64,000 nt of DNA from Candidatus Shapirobacteria bacterium (GTDB lineage Bacteria > Patescibacteriota > Microgenomatia > UBA12405), in assembly GCA_041665485.1 (NCBI GenBank), contig JBAYIT010000001.1:345399-409398 (forward strand), written 5' to 3'. Positions 1-9,314 of the stretch are shown here, in pieces (position 1 is the stretch's first letter; each line of letters opens with the position of its first letter). The translations under genes were made by a program, and so were the position numbers. The notes beneath the pieces were generated by a model. That model was not told where the DNA came from and did no database searches. It saw nothing but the letters and a program-made list of their open reading frames with translations.

Positions 1-944
1 AAAAGAATTTAGTTGAAGGGAAAACTATTTATGTGTTTAACGAGGTGTTTGCCCAAGAGTTAAAAAAGAGAGGGTTGGACTCGGAGGAATTAAGACAAAA
101 AATTGTAGCTAATGGGGGGAAGTTGGAGGGGGTGGAGGGGGTACCAGCAGAGTTGCTAGAGATTTATCGGACGGCGCTGGAGATTAGCCCGGAGTGGCAT
201 ATAAAATTGCAAGCAGCGTTTCAAGAACATACCGATAATGCAGTCAGTAAAACGATTAACTTTCCCAAAACAGCTACAGTTGAGGAGGTGAGGCAAGCAT
301 ACAAGCTGGCTTATGGGTTGGGAACGAAGGGGATTACTATATATAGAAGTGGAAGTAGGGAGAAGGAGATTATTCAACAAGTTCAAAAGTTAGAAAGTCC
401 GAAAAGTCCAAAAAGTGAATTGGTAGTGAAAAAGAAGACGCCGGAGGTGGCGAGAGGGGTGAGATTAAGAAAACCTTGTGACGTCGGCAAAGTTTATACA
501 TCGATATTTTTTGAAGAAGGCGATGGGCCGGTGGAAGTGTTTGTGACTTTGGGAAAGAGTGGCGGTTATATGTCTGGAGCAGCCGAGGTGACGGGAAGGT
601 TGGCGTCGTTGGCTCTTAAATATGGAGCAAATTTAGACGAAGTGGCTGACGAATTGGTGGGAATATCCTGTGGCCAGAAAGTGGGGTTGGGAAATGGAGC
701 AGTGCTATCTATGTTTGATGCGGTGGGTAAGTCGCTTTTGGAAATTTCCCGAGGGGAACAATTATCGATGTTTGAGGAAGAAAAAGTAAAGATTAGCCAG
801 AATATTTTGGGAGAAGTGAGGAGTAAGCAGGCGGAGGGTGAAAGTAAGTTTTCCTCGTGCCCCGACTGTGGCAGTCCGCTCTATGCCGAAGAGGGGTGTT
901 TTAAATGTTCTAATAGTTTTTGCGGTTATAGCAAATGTTCGTAA
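1..944 (+). CDS. nrdJ: Class II (adenosylcobalamin-dependent) ribonucleotide reductase, C-terminal part with TSCPD-like domain and terminal Zn-ribbon (5' truncated by window)
   Basis: Motifs WHIKLQAAFQEHTDNAVSKTIN, KGITIYR, EVFVTLGKSG and C-terminal CPDCG...EEGCFKC...CGYSKC; next to a cobalamin adenosyltransferase. Confidence 0.9.
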   Translation, partial: KNLVEGKTIYVFNEVFAQELKKRGLDSEELRQKIVANGGKLEGVEGVPAELLEIYRTALEISPEWHIKLQAAFQEHTDNAVSKTINFPKTATVEEVRQAYKLAYGLGTKGITIYRSGSREKEIIQQVQKLESPKSPKSELVVKKKTPEVARGVRLRKPCDVGKVYTSIFFEEGDGPVEVFVTLGKSGGYMSGAAEVTGRLASLALKYGANLDEVADELVGISCGQKVGLGNGAVLSMFDAVGKSLLEISRGEQLSMFEEEKVKISQNILGEVRSKQAEGESKFSSCPDCGSPLYAEEGCFKCSNSFCGYSKCS

Positions 945-947
945 AAC

Positions 948-1038
948 GGCTCATTGATAAATTTTTGCAGTCCTCGCTACCTTCGGGCTTGACTTCGTCT
1001 TCGCATTCGCTGCGGGCTGAAAAATTATCAATTTCGCC
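948..1038. repeat. Intergenic palindromic element, family A, copy 1
   Basis: ggctcattgataaatttttgcagtcctcgctaccttcggg...ttcgctgcgggctgaaaaattatcaatttcgcc; long stem; related copies at 31478 and 60558. Confidence 0.8.
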
Positions 1039-1044
1039 TAACTT

Positions 1045-1527
1045 ATGTCTGTAATTACTAAGATGGGGGATGACGGGGAAAGCCGATTTTTGGGGAAAGT
1101 GCATAGTAAGGATAGTTGTTTACTGGAAACGATAGGAACTTTGGATGAAGTGCAATCAATAATTTCAGTCATCCAGTTACGAGTTACAAGTTACGAGTTA
1201 CAAAATATAGTTAAAGATTTGCAGGGGATTATGGGGGAGTTGGCCACTGGAAAACCAGTTATCGGTTACGAGTTACGAGTTATGAGTTTGGAAAAAGAAA
1301 TAGGAGAAATAGAGAAGAAGTTGCCAAAGCAAGATAAGTTTTTGAGTTTTGAGAAAGAGGGGGCGGTGTATTTGAATTGGACTAGAACGGTGGCGCGTCG
1401 AGCCGAGAGAGTTTTGGTTAAATATAACAAAAAGTGTCAGAATTTGGATCCAAATATTCTTATTTATATCAACCGATTATCTGATTATTTATTTATCCTT
1501 GCACGCGAAGTAGAATCTAAAAGTTAG
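1045..1527 (+). CDS. pduO: ATP:cob(I)alamin adenosyltransferase (PduO type)
   Basis: ITKMGDDGES, GTLDE, RTVARRAER, YINRLSDYLFILAR motifs. Confidence 0.9.
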   Translation: MSVITKMGDDGESRFLGKVHSKDSCLLETIGTLDEVQSIISVIQLRVTSYELQNIVKDLQGIMGELATGKPVIGYELRVMSLEKEIGEIEKKLPKQDKFLSFEKEGAVYLNWTRTVARRAERVLVKYNKKCQNLDPNILIYINRLSDYLFILAREVESKS

Positions 1528-1536
1528 TTGAATTAG

Positions 1537-2688
1537 GTGAAATTCCTAGACAGTGCCGCTACGGTGACAGTCCGAGCCTTGAAGCTTTCGAGCAAAAGTA
1601 TGGAGAGAGATGTCTTAAATAAACAGGTTAATGTTGGGGTTTTGGCGAGGGTTTTTTACCCGTGGGTAAGAAGCCAGATTGATCAACGGCAAGGTGTGGA
1701 TCAGGTTTTGTTGTTGGAGGCGCCGAAGAAGAGAGTGGTTGGTTTTGATCCGGTGGGGGAAGTTGATTATTTGGGTCGAGTTGATTGTTTAGTAAGAAGT
1801 GGGGTATTGGTTAGAGAATTGGCAACACAAACAGCCGAAGATTTGGGGTTAGTAGAACATGTTGGGCATTATGATTTAAGAGACGGAAAGATTTCTGATA
1901 GGCTGTCGGGGGAAAGTTTGGTAGAAATGACTAAACGAGGAGGAGTGACAGATGAGGTGATGGCTTTGGAAAAAATTGAGAAGGGATTAGTAGAAGGGGG
2001 CGGAGTTTGGGTGCATTTTAGTCCAGTAAATGAGGAATTGGGATATCAATTCAATTGTGTTGATTTTTGGCGAGTGGTTGATGGCGAGGTGGTGAGTGTG
2101 CGATTGATGGTTAAGAATGGCGAAGCGGAAATGAGGAATGTTTGGAAGTTAATTAATAATGGAGTTGGTTTGGGTGTGGATGAAAAACTGTTGACTAACC
2201 CAGTGGTGTCGGAGAAACTTAAATTAACCAAACTTTTTGATATGGTTGAGTTGGTGGCGAAAAAAACGGGAGTTAATTTTGAGGAGATTGATAGGGTGGC
2301 CCAGCAAGTGATCGAGTATTTACGTAAAGAAAAAGGAGAAAGATTATTTGAGGATCCGGAACTGATATTGCGTGCATATACAATGGTACACGAGTTTCTA
2401 AAGCCGGGGGTGGTGGTTGAATCTTCCGGATTGGTGGGAATGATTGCCGAAAATTATTTGAGGTATTATGCGGTGGCGCCAATGAATGGGGTAAAACAGA
2501 TTAGAAGTTATGGTTGTGCTGGGAGCAGTACGGTGGGGAATTTTGCCAGTGGGGAGGGGTGGATAATTAGGAATTTGGGGGGGAAATATGTGGTTCAAAA
2601 AGGATCAACGGAAGGAAAAACTTTTTGTAAAGATTGCGGTTGTTGGTATGAGGGAAGTAAATGCCCGTTTTGTTCGAAGGGGGATTGA
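1537..2688 (+). CDS. Hypothetical protein with C-terminal Zn-ribbon
   Basis: 383-aa ORF ending FCKDCGCWYEGSKCPFC. Confidence 0.7.
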   Translation: MKFLDSAATVTVRALKLSSKSMERDVLNKQVNVGVLARVFYPWVRSQIDQRQGVDQVLLLEAPKKRVVGFDPVGEVDYLGRVDCLVRSGVLVRELATQTAEDLGLVEHVGHYDLRDGKISDRLSGESLVEMTKRGGVTDEVMALEKIEKGLVEGGGVWVHFSPVNEELGYQFNCVDFWRVVDGEVVSVRLMVKNGEAEMRNVWKLINNGVGLGVDEKLLTNPVVSEKLKLTKLFDMVELVAKKTGVNFEEIDRVAQQVIEYLRKEKGERLFEDPELILRAYTMVHEFLKPGVVVESSGLVGMIAENYLRYYAVAPMNGVKQIRSYGCAGSSTVGNFASGEGWIIRNLGGKYVVQKGSTEGKTFCKDCGCWYEGSKCPFCSKGD

Positions 2689-2694
2689 GAAGTG

Positions 2695-2767
2695 GTCAGA
2701 AATGGCTAATAACTAGTCAGGATTGGGGCAATTGAGGTCAAGATGGAGAAAGTGTTATGGGATAAGA
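2695..2767 (+). promoter_or_regulatory. Putative OmpR/PhoB-type operator array plus extended -10 (copy 1)
   Basis: GTCA at 2695, 2716, 2737 (21-bp period), then TGTTATGGGATA at 2753; same layout at 3672 and 9233. Confidence 0.7.
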
Positions 2768-2794
2768 TAACGACAATTAACTTTTGATTATTAT

Positions 2795-3241
2795 ATGAAC
2801 AAAAATCTTAAAGAAATACTCTTTCCCAATCTTGGACATGCCTCTGACAATTCAGTGGCAATAGAGAAAATTATGAGAGAAGGTGGGTATGCTAATGAAG
2901 GTGGGTATGCTAATATGGTTAGGGAAATTCGTGGTTCGGCTCAAGGAGTGTTTCTTCGGGCAGAAAGGGTGGGAATTGCAACAGGAGCTCTTATTGGTGG
3001 CCTAGTTTTACCTGCAGTTGCAGTAGCAACTCATAGCTCAGGAAACTTGATTGTGGATGGAATCGCGGGTTTGTGTTTGTCTCTCGTGGTGGGAACTTCT
3101 GGTTTTAAAGCGGGTGGATTTATTGGAGGTGCTATTGGGCAAAGTCAGGCAGATCAAATTATTGAAAAAAGACACAAAGAGATGTTTGGCTTATCATTAG
3201 GAGATCATCTAAACAAACTAAGAAGCAGACAGACAGAATAA
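2795..3241 (+). CDS. Hypothetical membrane protein with glycine-zipper-like helices
   Basis: GIATGALIGG and AGGFIGGAIG GxxxG repeats in hydrophobic segments. Confidence 0.65.
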   Translation: MNKNLKEILFPNLGHASDNSVAIEKIMREGGYANEGGYANMVREIRGSAQGVFLRAERVGIATGALIGGLVLPAVAVATHSSGNLIVDGIAGLCLSLVVGTSGFKAGGFIGGAIGQSQADQIIEKRHKEMFGLSLGDHLNKLRSRQTE

Positions 3242-3250
3242 AAGAATAAT

Positions 3251-3682
3251 ATGGATGAGGTAAATGCAAAAATAACCAACAAGATTGCGAGTTATCAGAC
3301 AGCGGTTCTTAATCCTCTTTTTGCTGTTATGGATGTTTCCAATGAAGCGAAACAACACTTACTTGAGACTATATCGATGACTATTTTGGGTGACTTTTTT
3401 GTAACTATTGTTGAGGCTATTGCCGACAAAGAAAAACAGCAAAGAGCAGTAGCGATCATTAATAATGATGAATCTAAACCTGAAGATAAATTACAAGCAT
3501 TTTCAAAAATTGTACAAGAGGATAGAGAGTTGCAGAAAGTTGGGGAAAATTTTCTTGATACTAAACTACCTCAATATATAAATGATACCGTTTCGGCCTA
3601 TCTTGCCGTAGCTACTAAAGAACAGAAGGAGGCATATTTTGCCCTCGTGCAGAAAGTAGTTGACTCGACTGGTCAGGAATAG
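3251..3682 (+). CDS. Hypothetical alpha-helical protein
   Basis: 143-aa ORF 9 bp after the upstream gene. Confidence 0.65.
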   Translation: MDEVNAKITNKIASYQTAVLNPLFAVMDVSNEAKQHLLETISMTILGDFFVTIVEAIADKEKQQRAVAIINNDESKPEDKLQAFSKIVQEDRELQKVGENFLDTKLPQYINDTVSAYLAVATKEQKEAYFALVQKVVDSTGQE

Positions 3683-3744
3683 ACAAGGATTAGTCAGGAT
3701 AGGGTGAATTGAGGTCAAGATTGAGGAAATGTTATGGGATAGGA
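3672..3744 (+). promoter_or_regulatory. Putative operator array plus extended -10 (copy 2)
   Basis: GTCA at 3672, 3693, 3714; TGTTATGGGATA at 3730. Confidence 0.7.
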
Positions 3745-3787
3745 TAAGTGTGATTTCTTTTAGTTAAAAATTTTAGAATTAAAAAAT

Positions 3788-4831
3788 ATGTCAAGTGTAA
3801 ATTTTGCGCCTGATTACAAAAGTTTATTTCCGCAAACTAATGTCCCCAAAACTGATTTGAGTGAAGATGTCTCTTTTGATGCCACGACTTTAATCGGTGG
3901 GTACAATGCTTTAAATGTCGCTCGCGAGCTGGATCGATATTATGACTACGGATTAGACAGAACGGCGACTAGTGTAGTTGGTTCTAATATGAGTGTGTGG
4001 GCGGATAAAGATGAAAGATTGTGGGGGAAAGAAGGCAATGTTTTGTTTTCTATTGGAGCTGGGCAACTGGATTCAGTTTTGATGTGCAACGTGGCTGATG
4101 CTAAGGGTACTAATATAGGGAGAGGGGTGAGACTAGCCGATCCGACGTTGTCGATGAGTGTTGTTGAGGTGGATGGAAAACTTGTATTTGTCAAAGAAGA
4201 TCCTCGGGGCGATCGGACTACTGCCGGCGTTGATGAATTGGATTTGCCTGCGTTGCAGGCACTTAATGTTTCATTGAATAAATCGGGTTACGGGAGAGAG
4301 GGGGCATTTAGATTATTAGCTGAAGGACTCAAATTATCGCAGGTTGGTGGTGGGGTGGCAGAAAGATTAAGAGAAACTAAGACATTAGACATAATGGTGA
4401 AGACAGCTCTGGAGGTCGAGACAACCATGACTCGTTGTAGTGCAATAGAGGCAGTAAAAAAAATGGTTGCTTATCGCCCACCGGCAAATGCACCAGAGGG
4501 TGTTATTGGACAGTTGGGTAGTCGTTATGATACTGTTGCCAATAATCCAGGTGAAGTCATTTTGGCTTTATGGTTGTTAGATAATAACCCCAAAGCTTTT
4601 GTAGAGAGTGGTGGTATGGATTTTGCCTATATCTTGGTAGAAAAGGTTGGCGAGTGTATTGACGCTTTAATGGAAAACAAAGAGGAGGGTGATGGGTTTA
4701 TTTCTGAGGCTATAAAGAACGGGGATATGTATAAATATTTTTTAGGTGGTGGGGATAGTGCTATGGCTAAACTTGGGGATCTTAAGGCGAAGATCGATGC
4801 GATGAATCCACTAAAAAATATAGCATTTTAA
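3788..4831 (+). CDS. Hypothetical protein
   Basis: 347-aa ORF downstream of operator copy 2. Confidence 0.7.
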   Translation: MSSVNFAPDYKSLFPQTNVPKTDLSEDVSFDATTLIGGYNALNVARELDRYYDYGLDRTATSVVGSNMSVWADKDERLWGKEGNVLFSIGAGQLDSVLMCNVADAKGTNIGRGVRLADPTLSMSVVEVDGKLVFVKEDPRGDRTTAGVDELDLPALQALNVSLNKSGYGREGAFRLLAEGLKLSQVGGGVAERLRETKTLDIMVKTALEVETTMTRCSAIEAVKKMVAYRPPANAPEGVIGQLGSRYDTVANNPGEVILALWLLDNNPKAFVESGGMDFAYILVEKVGECIDALMENKEEGDGFISEAIKNGDMYKYFLGGGDSAMAKLGDLKAKIDAMNPLKNIAF

Positions 4832-4891
4832 AAAATGTCTTAGGTCTTAGGTTTGGGTTTAGTTTAGAGAGGCTGTGGTATAAATTTAATT

Positions 4892-5194
4892 ATGACCTTC
4901 GACCCGATTGAATTTTTGAAACTAGATAATTTGGAGCCGGAGGAGAAAGATAAAATTAGGCCAAAATTGTTTGAGCACATGGCTTGGTTTTTGATAAATC
5001 GATTCCTTGAAGGTTTTGATGAAAACAAACTGGAGAGTTTTGAGGCAGGGCTGGGGGGTAAAAATGGGGAAGAGATATTGGAGTTAATTAAGAGTTATGA
5101 TGCTGATTTTGAAGAAAAGAAGGTTGATTGGCTGGGAGAATACCGAGCGAATTTTGATTTAAGCAAACTTTACGAGGGGATAAAACATGAATGA
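4892..5194 (+). CDS. Hypothetical acidic helical protein
   Basis: 100-aa ORF after a TGTGGTATAAAT extended -10-like motif. Confidence 0.65.
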   Translation: MTFDPIEFLKLDNLEPEEKDKIRPKLFEHMAWFLINRFLEGFDENKLESFEAGLGGKNGEEILELIKSYDADFEEKKVDWLGEYRANFDLSKLYEGIKHE

Positions 5195-6686
5195 TCGGGG
5201 ATTGACAGCGGAAAAACCAAAAGGGAAAGATGCCTTGAGTAGTTTGAAATTACGGGTGGCGACAGCAGTAATGGTTGGTTTGGTGGCGGTGACGGGAATC
5301 GGGGCAACAAATACTGGTGGTTTAGATGTGTTGCGGGCGTTGGTGACACCGCAAAAAATAGAGGCAAAGGCTCCGGATGGTGTTGGTCGGACGTTGGTAA
5401 CAGAAAATAGTGGACCATGGGGTTTTGATCGGGTATATAGTGATGGAACTAAGGAAGGTGGGAGAGTTGAGGGTGGACATGAAATGCCAGAACTGATGGT
5501 AGAGGCAACAGAATTAACAGAGGAAGACAGGATGGAACAAGTGGCTGATAATGTGACTAGTATTTTGGGAGTGAATTTGTATTTAGTGGATGGGGTGCCA
5601 GTTGGCTATAGGCAGGTTGATGGGACAATCATTAAACTCAGTCAAGCGGAGATAAATGAAATAAGAACAAAAAGGGAGACGGCGATGGCTTCGGGCAATT
5701 CTACTTTGGCGTTAACTATTCGTACTGGGCCGGAGTTGGTGAACGATGGGCGAGAACGGCCGGAAATTAGACAGTGGCCAGGAGATGTAGTAAGTGATCA
5801 GGAGTTGGTGGCCAAAAAAGTAAAGATCGTAACCCCAGACGGAATGGAACTAAAACTCAAAGATTCTGCTTTTGGCCCGGGAGGTTTTTTGGAGAGATTG
5901 GTAGAGGGAAGGTTGGGTAAAAGTTTACATATTGTTGTTTTGCCGAATACAATGATGGAGATACCTGAAGATTCAAAGTATGACTTGTATCGGGGGCTGG
6001 TGGATAGTCGAGCCGGGGAGGTTAAAGCCTATCGGGATAAAGAGAGCCAGAGATTGGCAGAGGTTATTAAGCAGGGTGGACAGGCAAAATTATGGGCGGA
6101 AATTGAGTTGGCGACGATAAAGCAATTATCAAATGCGGAACTATTGAACTGGATGGTGAACAATGGAGTAGCAGAGAAACAATCTGAGCCGGCGGGAATG
6201 TTTTTGTCGCCTGGGGCAGTGAGGGCTAGGAATCCAAATTCGCCATTAGTAAAAGAGGGAGCAATAGTAGTATTTGTGGGTTGGAATGCTGATGGTGACA
6301 AGGGAATGGTGGTGCCGTTGGTGTGTGGTTCTAGTGGGGAATTTTGGGCCGAATATGGGGGTGGGATTGTTTCCAGTGGAAGTAGAACTGGAGTTTTTGA
6401 TGGTGCTACCAATTTACCAAGAGAACACAAGACTGATCCAGCACGGGCCCCGTATCAGATTGCAGAGACAACGGGTGATGTCATTGTGGCTCATGAAATG
6501 GATCATTTGAAAAAGTGGGCTGATGGAGACCCTAAAAAACCTCACACGGACGAGGGTTTGGTAGACCAAGGGGTGATTGATTATCATGAAGATGCCGGAA
6601 AAACTTTTGATGAATCTGATGGTGTAGATATGTCTAAGTATCAGTTCGCGGTTAGATTGCCAAATAATCGGGTCGTGGTTTTTTGA
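5187..6686 (+). CDS. Membrane-anchored/secreted protein with HExxH zinc-metallopeptidase-like motif
   Basis: N-terminal hydrophobic segment; VVAHEMDH followed by HTDE near the C-terminus. Confidence 0.55.
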   Translation: MNDRGLTAEKPKGKDALSSLKLRVATAVMVGLVAVTGIGATNTGGLDVLRALVTPQKIEAKAPDGVGRTLVTENSGPWGFDRVYSDGTKEGGRVEGGHEMPELMVEATELTEEDRMEQVADNVTSILGVNLYLVDGVPVGYRQVDGTIIKLSQAEINEIRTKRETAMASGNSTLALTIRTGPELVNDGRERPEIRQWPGDVVSDQELVAKKVKIVTPDGMELKLKDSAFGPGGFLERLVEGRLGKSLHIVVLPNTMMEIPEDSKYDLYRGLVDSRAGEVKAYRDKESQRLAEVIKQGGQAKLWAEIELATIKQLSNAELLNWMVNNGVAEKQSEPAGMFLSPGAVRARNPNSPLVKEGAIVVFVGWNADGDKGMVVPLVCGSSGEFWAEYGGGIVSSGSRTGVFDGATNLPREHKTDPARAPYQIAETTGDVIVAHEMDHLKKWADGDPKKPHTDEGLVDQGVIDYHEDAGKTFDESDGVDMSKYQFAVRLPNNRVVVF

Positions 6687-6705
6687 TTTAGAGTAAAATG
6701 GGTGA

Positions 6706-8043
6706 ATGGGGAAAGATGATGGCGCTGATAATCCAAAACTGATAGTGGATTTTGGATTGGAGAGGAGGCAATTGACAGATGGGCCGTTGAAGAGATTGAA
6801 TAGAGTGTTAAAAATGCCGTTCAATGGGGCGGTTATAGATCTGTTTGGGGATAATGTAGCCTTGGGTGGAGGCATGGCGACGATGATTTTGGCTGACAGA
6901 CTTGATGGTGAAAGAGTTGGTTTAGGGTGGGTGGGAGAGGATATGTCGCCAATAGCGGGAGCTGTTGGTGATTGTGATTGGTTGGTAAAAAGAGATGATT
7001 GGGACGTGGAGAGAATTGTCGCCGATTTGAACGAGAGTAATAATGGTCGATTTGTGGCGATGGCAGTGGGAGTTGGGGGTGAATACTCGAGGGTGGATAT
7101 TGAGGCTAATGGAGTAATTGTGGCGTCGGTAAGAAATATTGCTTTGGTGGCGGAATATGAAAGAAAGTTAAGAGAATCTTTAGGGGAAGAGGTGGAAGAA
7201 GTGCCTGATTGGGTTTTGGATCTGGCGGGAGCTCCTTTTAAAAATTGGGCGACGATTGAGAAGAGCGGGGAAGGGTGGGAGGTGTTGGGATTCAAAAGAG
7301 ATGGTGGTTTAAATCTGGAAAGAAACGAGTTTTCGACAACTAATGTTGTGAATTTTGAAAAATTATTGCGTGCTGGAAAGCCGGAGGCTTATTTGGTGGC
7401 GGGTGATTTTTTGGCGATGATGGGGAGATTGTTCACATTGAAGTGTTATGGGGCAGGTTTTGGAGATCGGGCTGAAGACATGCAGAAGATAATGGCTGAA
7501 TTTGGACAATTTTTCCAACTGGCGGAAGGATTTAAAAAAAAGCAATACAACTCATCTAGATCAAGATTGGCGGAAAGGATGGCATTGGGTTTGGCTTTTG
7601 ATGTCGATGCTGGCAGGCAAATGCTGATTAAAACTGGCTTAATGGCTGTATTTTCAGAAAAATTGGCGGGAAAAATTAGTGAACTTAGTAACCTCGAGAA
7701 TCAAGCAAAGTTTTCTAATGCATTCGATCTAGTAAATTATTTTGACAATGGATTGAAGATAAGAGATATAGGAAGATTGTTGGTAGTGTTGGGAATAGGT
7801 TGTGGTTTAAACCGAGAAGAATATCTTGAAGTAATGGAGGAAATGAGACAATATTGGAACCCGAGGCCGATTGATAAAGTGGCAAAATGGGGTGGCCGAG
7901 GTGGGTTTGACGTGAGCTTGAGAGAGAGAGGTTTTAGTGAAGTGTTTGATGATGAACAGGTAAGAAGTTGGCAAAGATTGGAAACCAGAAAACCCGAAGA
8001 GACGGAGAAGTTGGTTGGATGGTTGGTTGATGTAGTAAAATGA
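6706..8043 (+). CDS. Hypothetical protein (possible degenerate nucleotidyltransferase-like N-terminus)
   Basis: 445-aa ORF; LGGG...GDCDW loosely resembles the GG...DxD pattern; function uncertain. Confidence 0.55.
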   Translation: MGKDDGADNPKLIVDFGLERRQLTDGPLKRLNRVLKMPFNGAVIDLFGDNVALGGGMATMILADRLDGERVGLGWVGEDMSPIAGAVGDCDWLVKRDDWDVERIVADLNESNNGRFVAMAVGVGGEYSRVDIEANGVIVASVRNIALVAEYERKLRESLGEEVEEVPDWVLDLAGAPFKNWATIEKSGEGWEVLGFKRDGGLNLERNEFSTTNVVNFEKLLRAGKPEAYLVAGDFLAMMGRLFTLKCYGAGFGDRAEDMQKIMAEFGQFFQLAEGFKKKQYNSSRSRLAERMALGLAFDVDAGRQMLIKTGLMAVFSEKLAGKISELSNLENQAKFSNAFDLVNYFDNGLKIRDIGRLLVVLGIGCGLNREEYLEVMEEMRQYWNPRPIDKVAKWGGRGGFDVSLRERGFSEVFDDEQVRSWQRLETRKPEETEKLVGWLVDVVK

Positions 8044-9233
8044 ATGATCTTATGAGTACTTTTGGACCAATATTAACTAAAGAAAGTTATCGGGTGGTGG
8101 CCGAAGTGGTGGAAAAGGTGATTGACGGGAGTAAATTAGAGGTACTTGTGGGATTACCGTATTCGGGGCGGTCCTTGATTTTGCGGCAAATGATGTACAA
8201 CCCGGAATTTTATAGTGAAGAATTTAAAAAGAAGGTAGAGAAAATAGTTGGAGTAGTGTTTGATATTCCCTCGGAGGCTGGTTTGGATGAGGTTTGGCAA
8301 AATAGTCCCTGGGGGAAAAAGATGGGAGGGAATTTTGAGGAGGCGGTTGAAAAAATAGTGAGTAGTGGTAAGCGATTAGTTTTAGCAATTAATTCAATTG
8401 ACACCTTGGGAGATAGTAAGGAAACTAGAAAAAATTGGAAGAAACTAATGGCAATTTATTATCGTCATCAGGCAGGTATTTCTTGGATAATTGGCCAAGG
8501 TTGGGAGGAGGTTGACGATGTGGCTGGTTGGCTTAGAGAAATGGATGGGTATTATCTAACCAATAAAAATTGGTTGCCAATGAGAACTTTAGAGGATATA
8601 AGCTTGTTTTTAAAAAATAGTAATAGTCAAAAACCAGAGACAGGGAAAATTTATGGTTTGAGTGGTGGATATTATTGTTTGGCAGAAAGGCTTAGAGAAA
8701 AACCGGAATTAGTTGATGCGCCGGTGGCGGTTAACGACGGAGTTATAGATCATTATTTGGGAATTTTATGGGAAAGTTGTGGCGAGAAAAGTCAACAGCA
8801 ATTATTAGATTTAATGCGGGGAAAGAGTAGTAATTTTAATGATTATTTGGCTAAAACTGGAGTGGTAAAAATAGAAGAGGGAAAGTGGAAATTATTTTCA
8901 CCGTTATTTTACGAGTGGCTAAAAAAGATGGTGGGAAGTAAGAGGCCAGAGATTGAGGAAAAGCTGGAAAAATTGTGGTTGGGAAGTAGTGATTTGAGCG
9001 AGGAGTTGAGTTATCAGGAGTATGAGGTATTGAAATTGCTGTGGCAAAAACAGGGTGAGGTGGTGGTGCGAAATGAGGTGGCCGAAGTGTTGTGGCCAAA
9101 TGATACGGAGGATAAATATTCCGATTGGGCGATTGACCAGGTAATGGCAAAAATTAGAAAAAAGCTTGGAGATGTAGGGGAAAATAGATTGATTAGGACA
9201 ATCAAGGGCAAGGGGATGATGCTAGAAAAATAG
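8040..9233 (+). CDS. Transcriptional regulator: degenerate P-loop NTPase domain plus C-terminal OmpR/PhoB-type winged helix
   Basis: GLPYSGRS Walker-A-like; LSYQEYEVLKLL...EVAEVLW...AIDQVMAKIRKKL...IRTIKGKG wHTH. Confidence 0.85.
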   Translation: MNDLMSTFGPILTKESYRVVAEVVEKVIDGSKLEVLVGLPYSGRSLILRQMMYNPEFYSEEFKKKVEKIVGVVFDIPSEAGLDEVWQNSPWGKKMGGNFEEAVEKIVSSGKRLVLAINSIDTLGDSKETRKNWKKLMAIYYRHQAGISWIIGQGWEEVDDVAGWLREMDGYYLTNKNWLPMRTLEDISLFLKNSNSQKPETGKIYGLSGGYYCLAERLREKPELVDAPVAVNDGVIDHYLGILWESCGEKSQQQLLDLMRGKSSNFNDYLAKTGVVKIEEGKWKLFSPLFYEWLKKMVGSKRPEIEEKLEKLWLGSSDLSEELSYQEYEVLKLLWQKQGEVVVRNEVAEVLWPNDTEDKYSDWAIDQVMAKIRKKLGDVGENRLIRTIKGKGMMLEK

Positions 9234-9305
9234 TCAGAATTGGGCAAAAAATAGTCAGGAAAGAGGCATTTAAGGTCAAGATGTTAATAATGTTATGGGA
9301 TATTA
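9233..9305 (+). promoter_or_regulatory. Putative operator array plus extended -10 (copy 3)
   Basis: GTCA at 9233, 9254, 9275; GGCA at 9243, 9265; TGTTATGGGATA at 9291. Confidence 0.7.
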
Positions 9306-9314
9306 TGGGGGCAT

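Noticed and set aside
948-1038. Cobalamin riboswitch upstream of pduO
   Set aside because: No B12-box consensus, too short, and related copies occur next to non-B12 genes.
6414-7295. 293-aa - strand ORF and similar antisense ORFs
   Set aside because: Ser/Pro/Thr-rich shadows of G/T-rich + strand genes, with no motifs.
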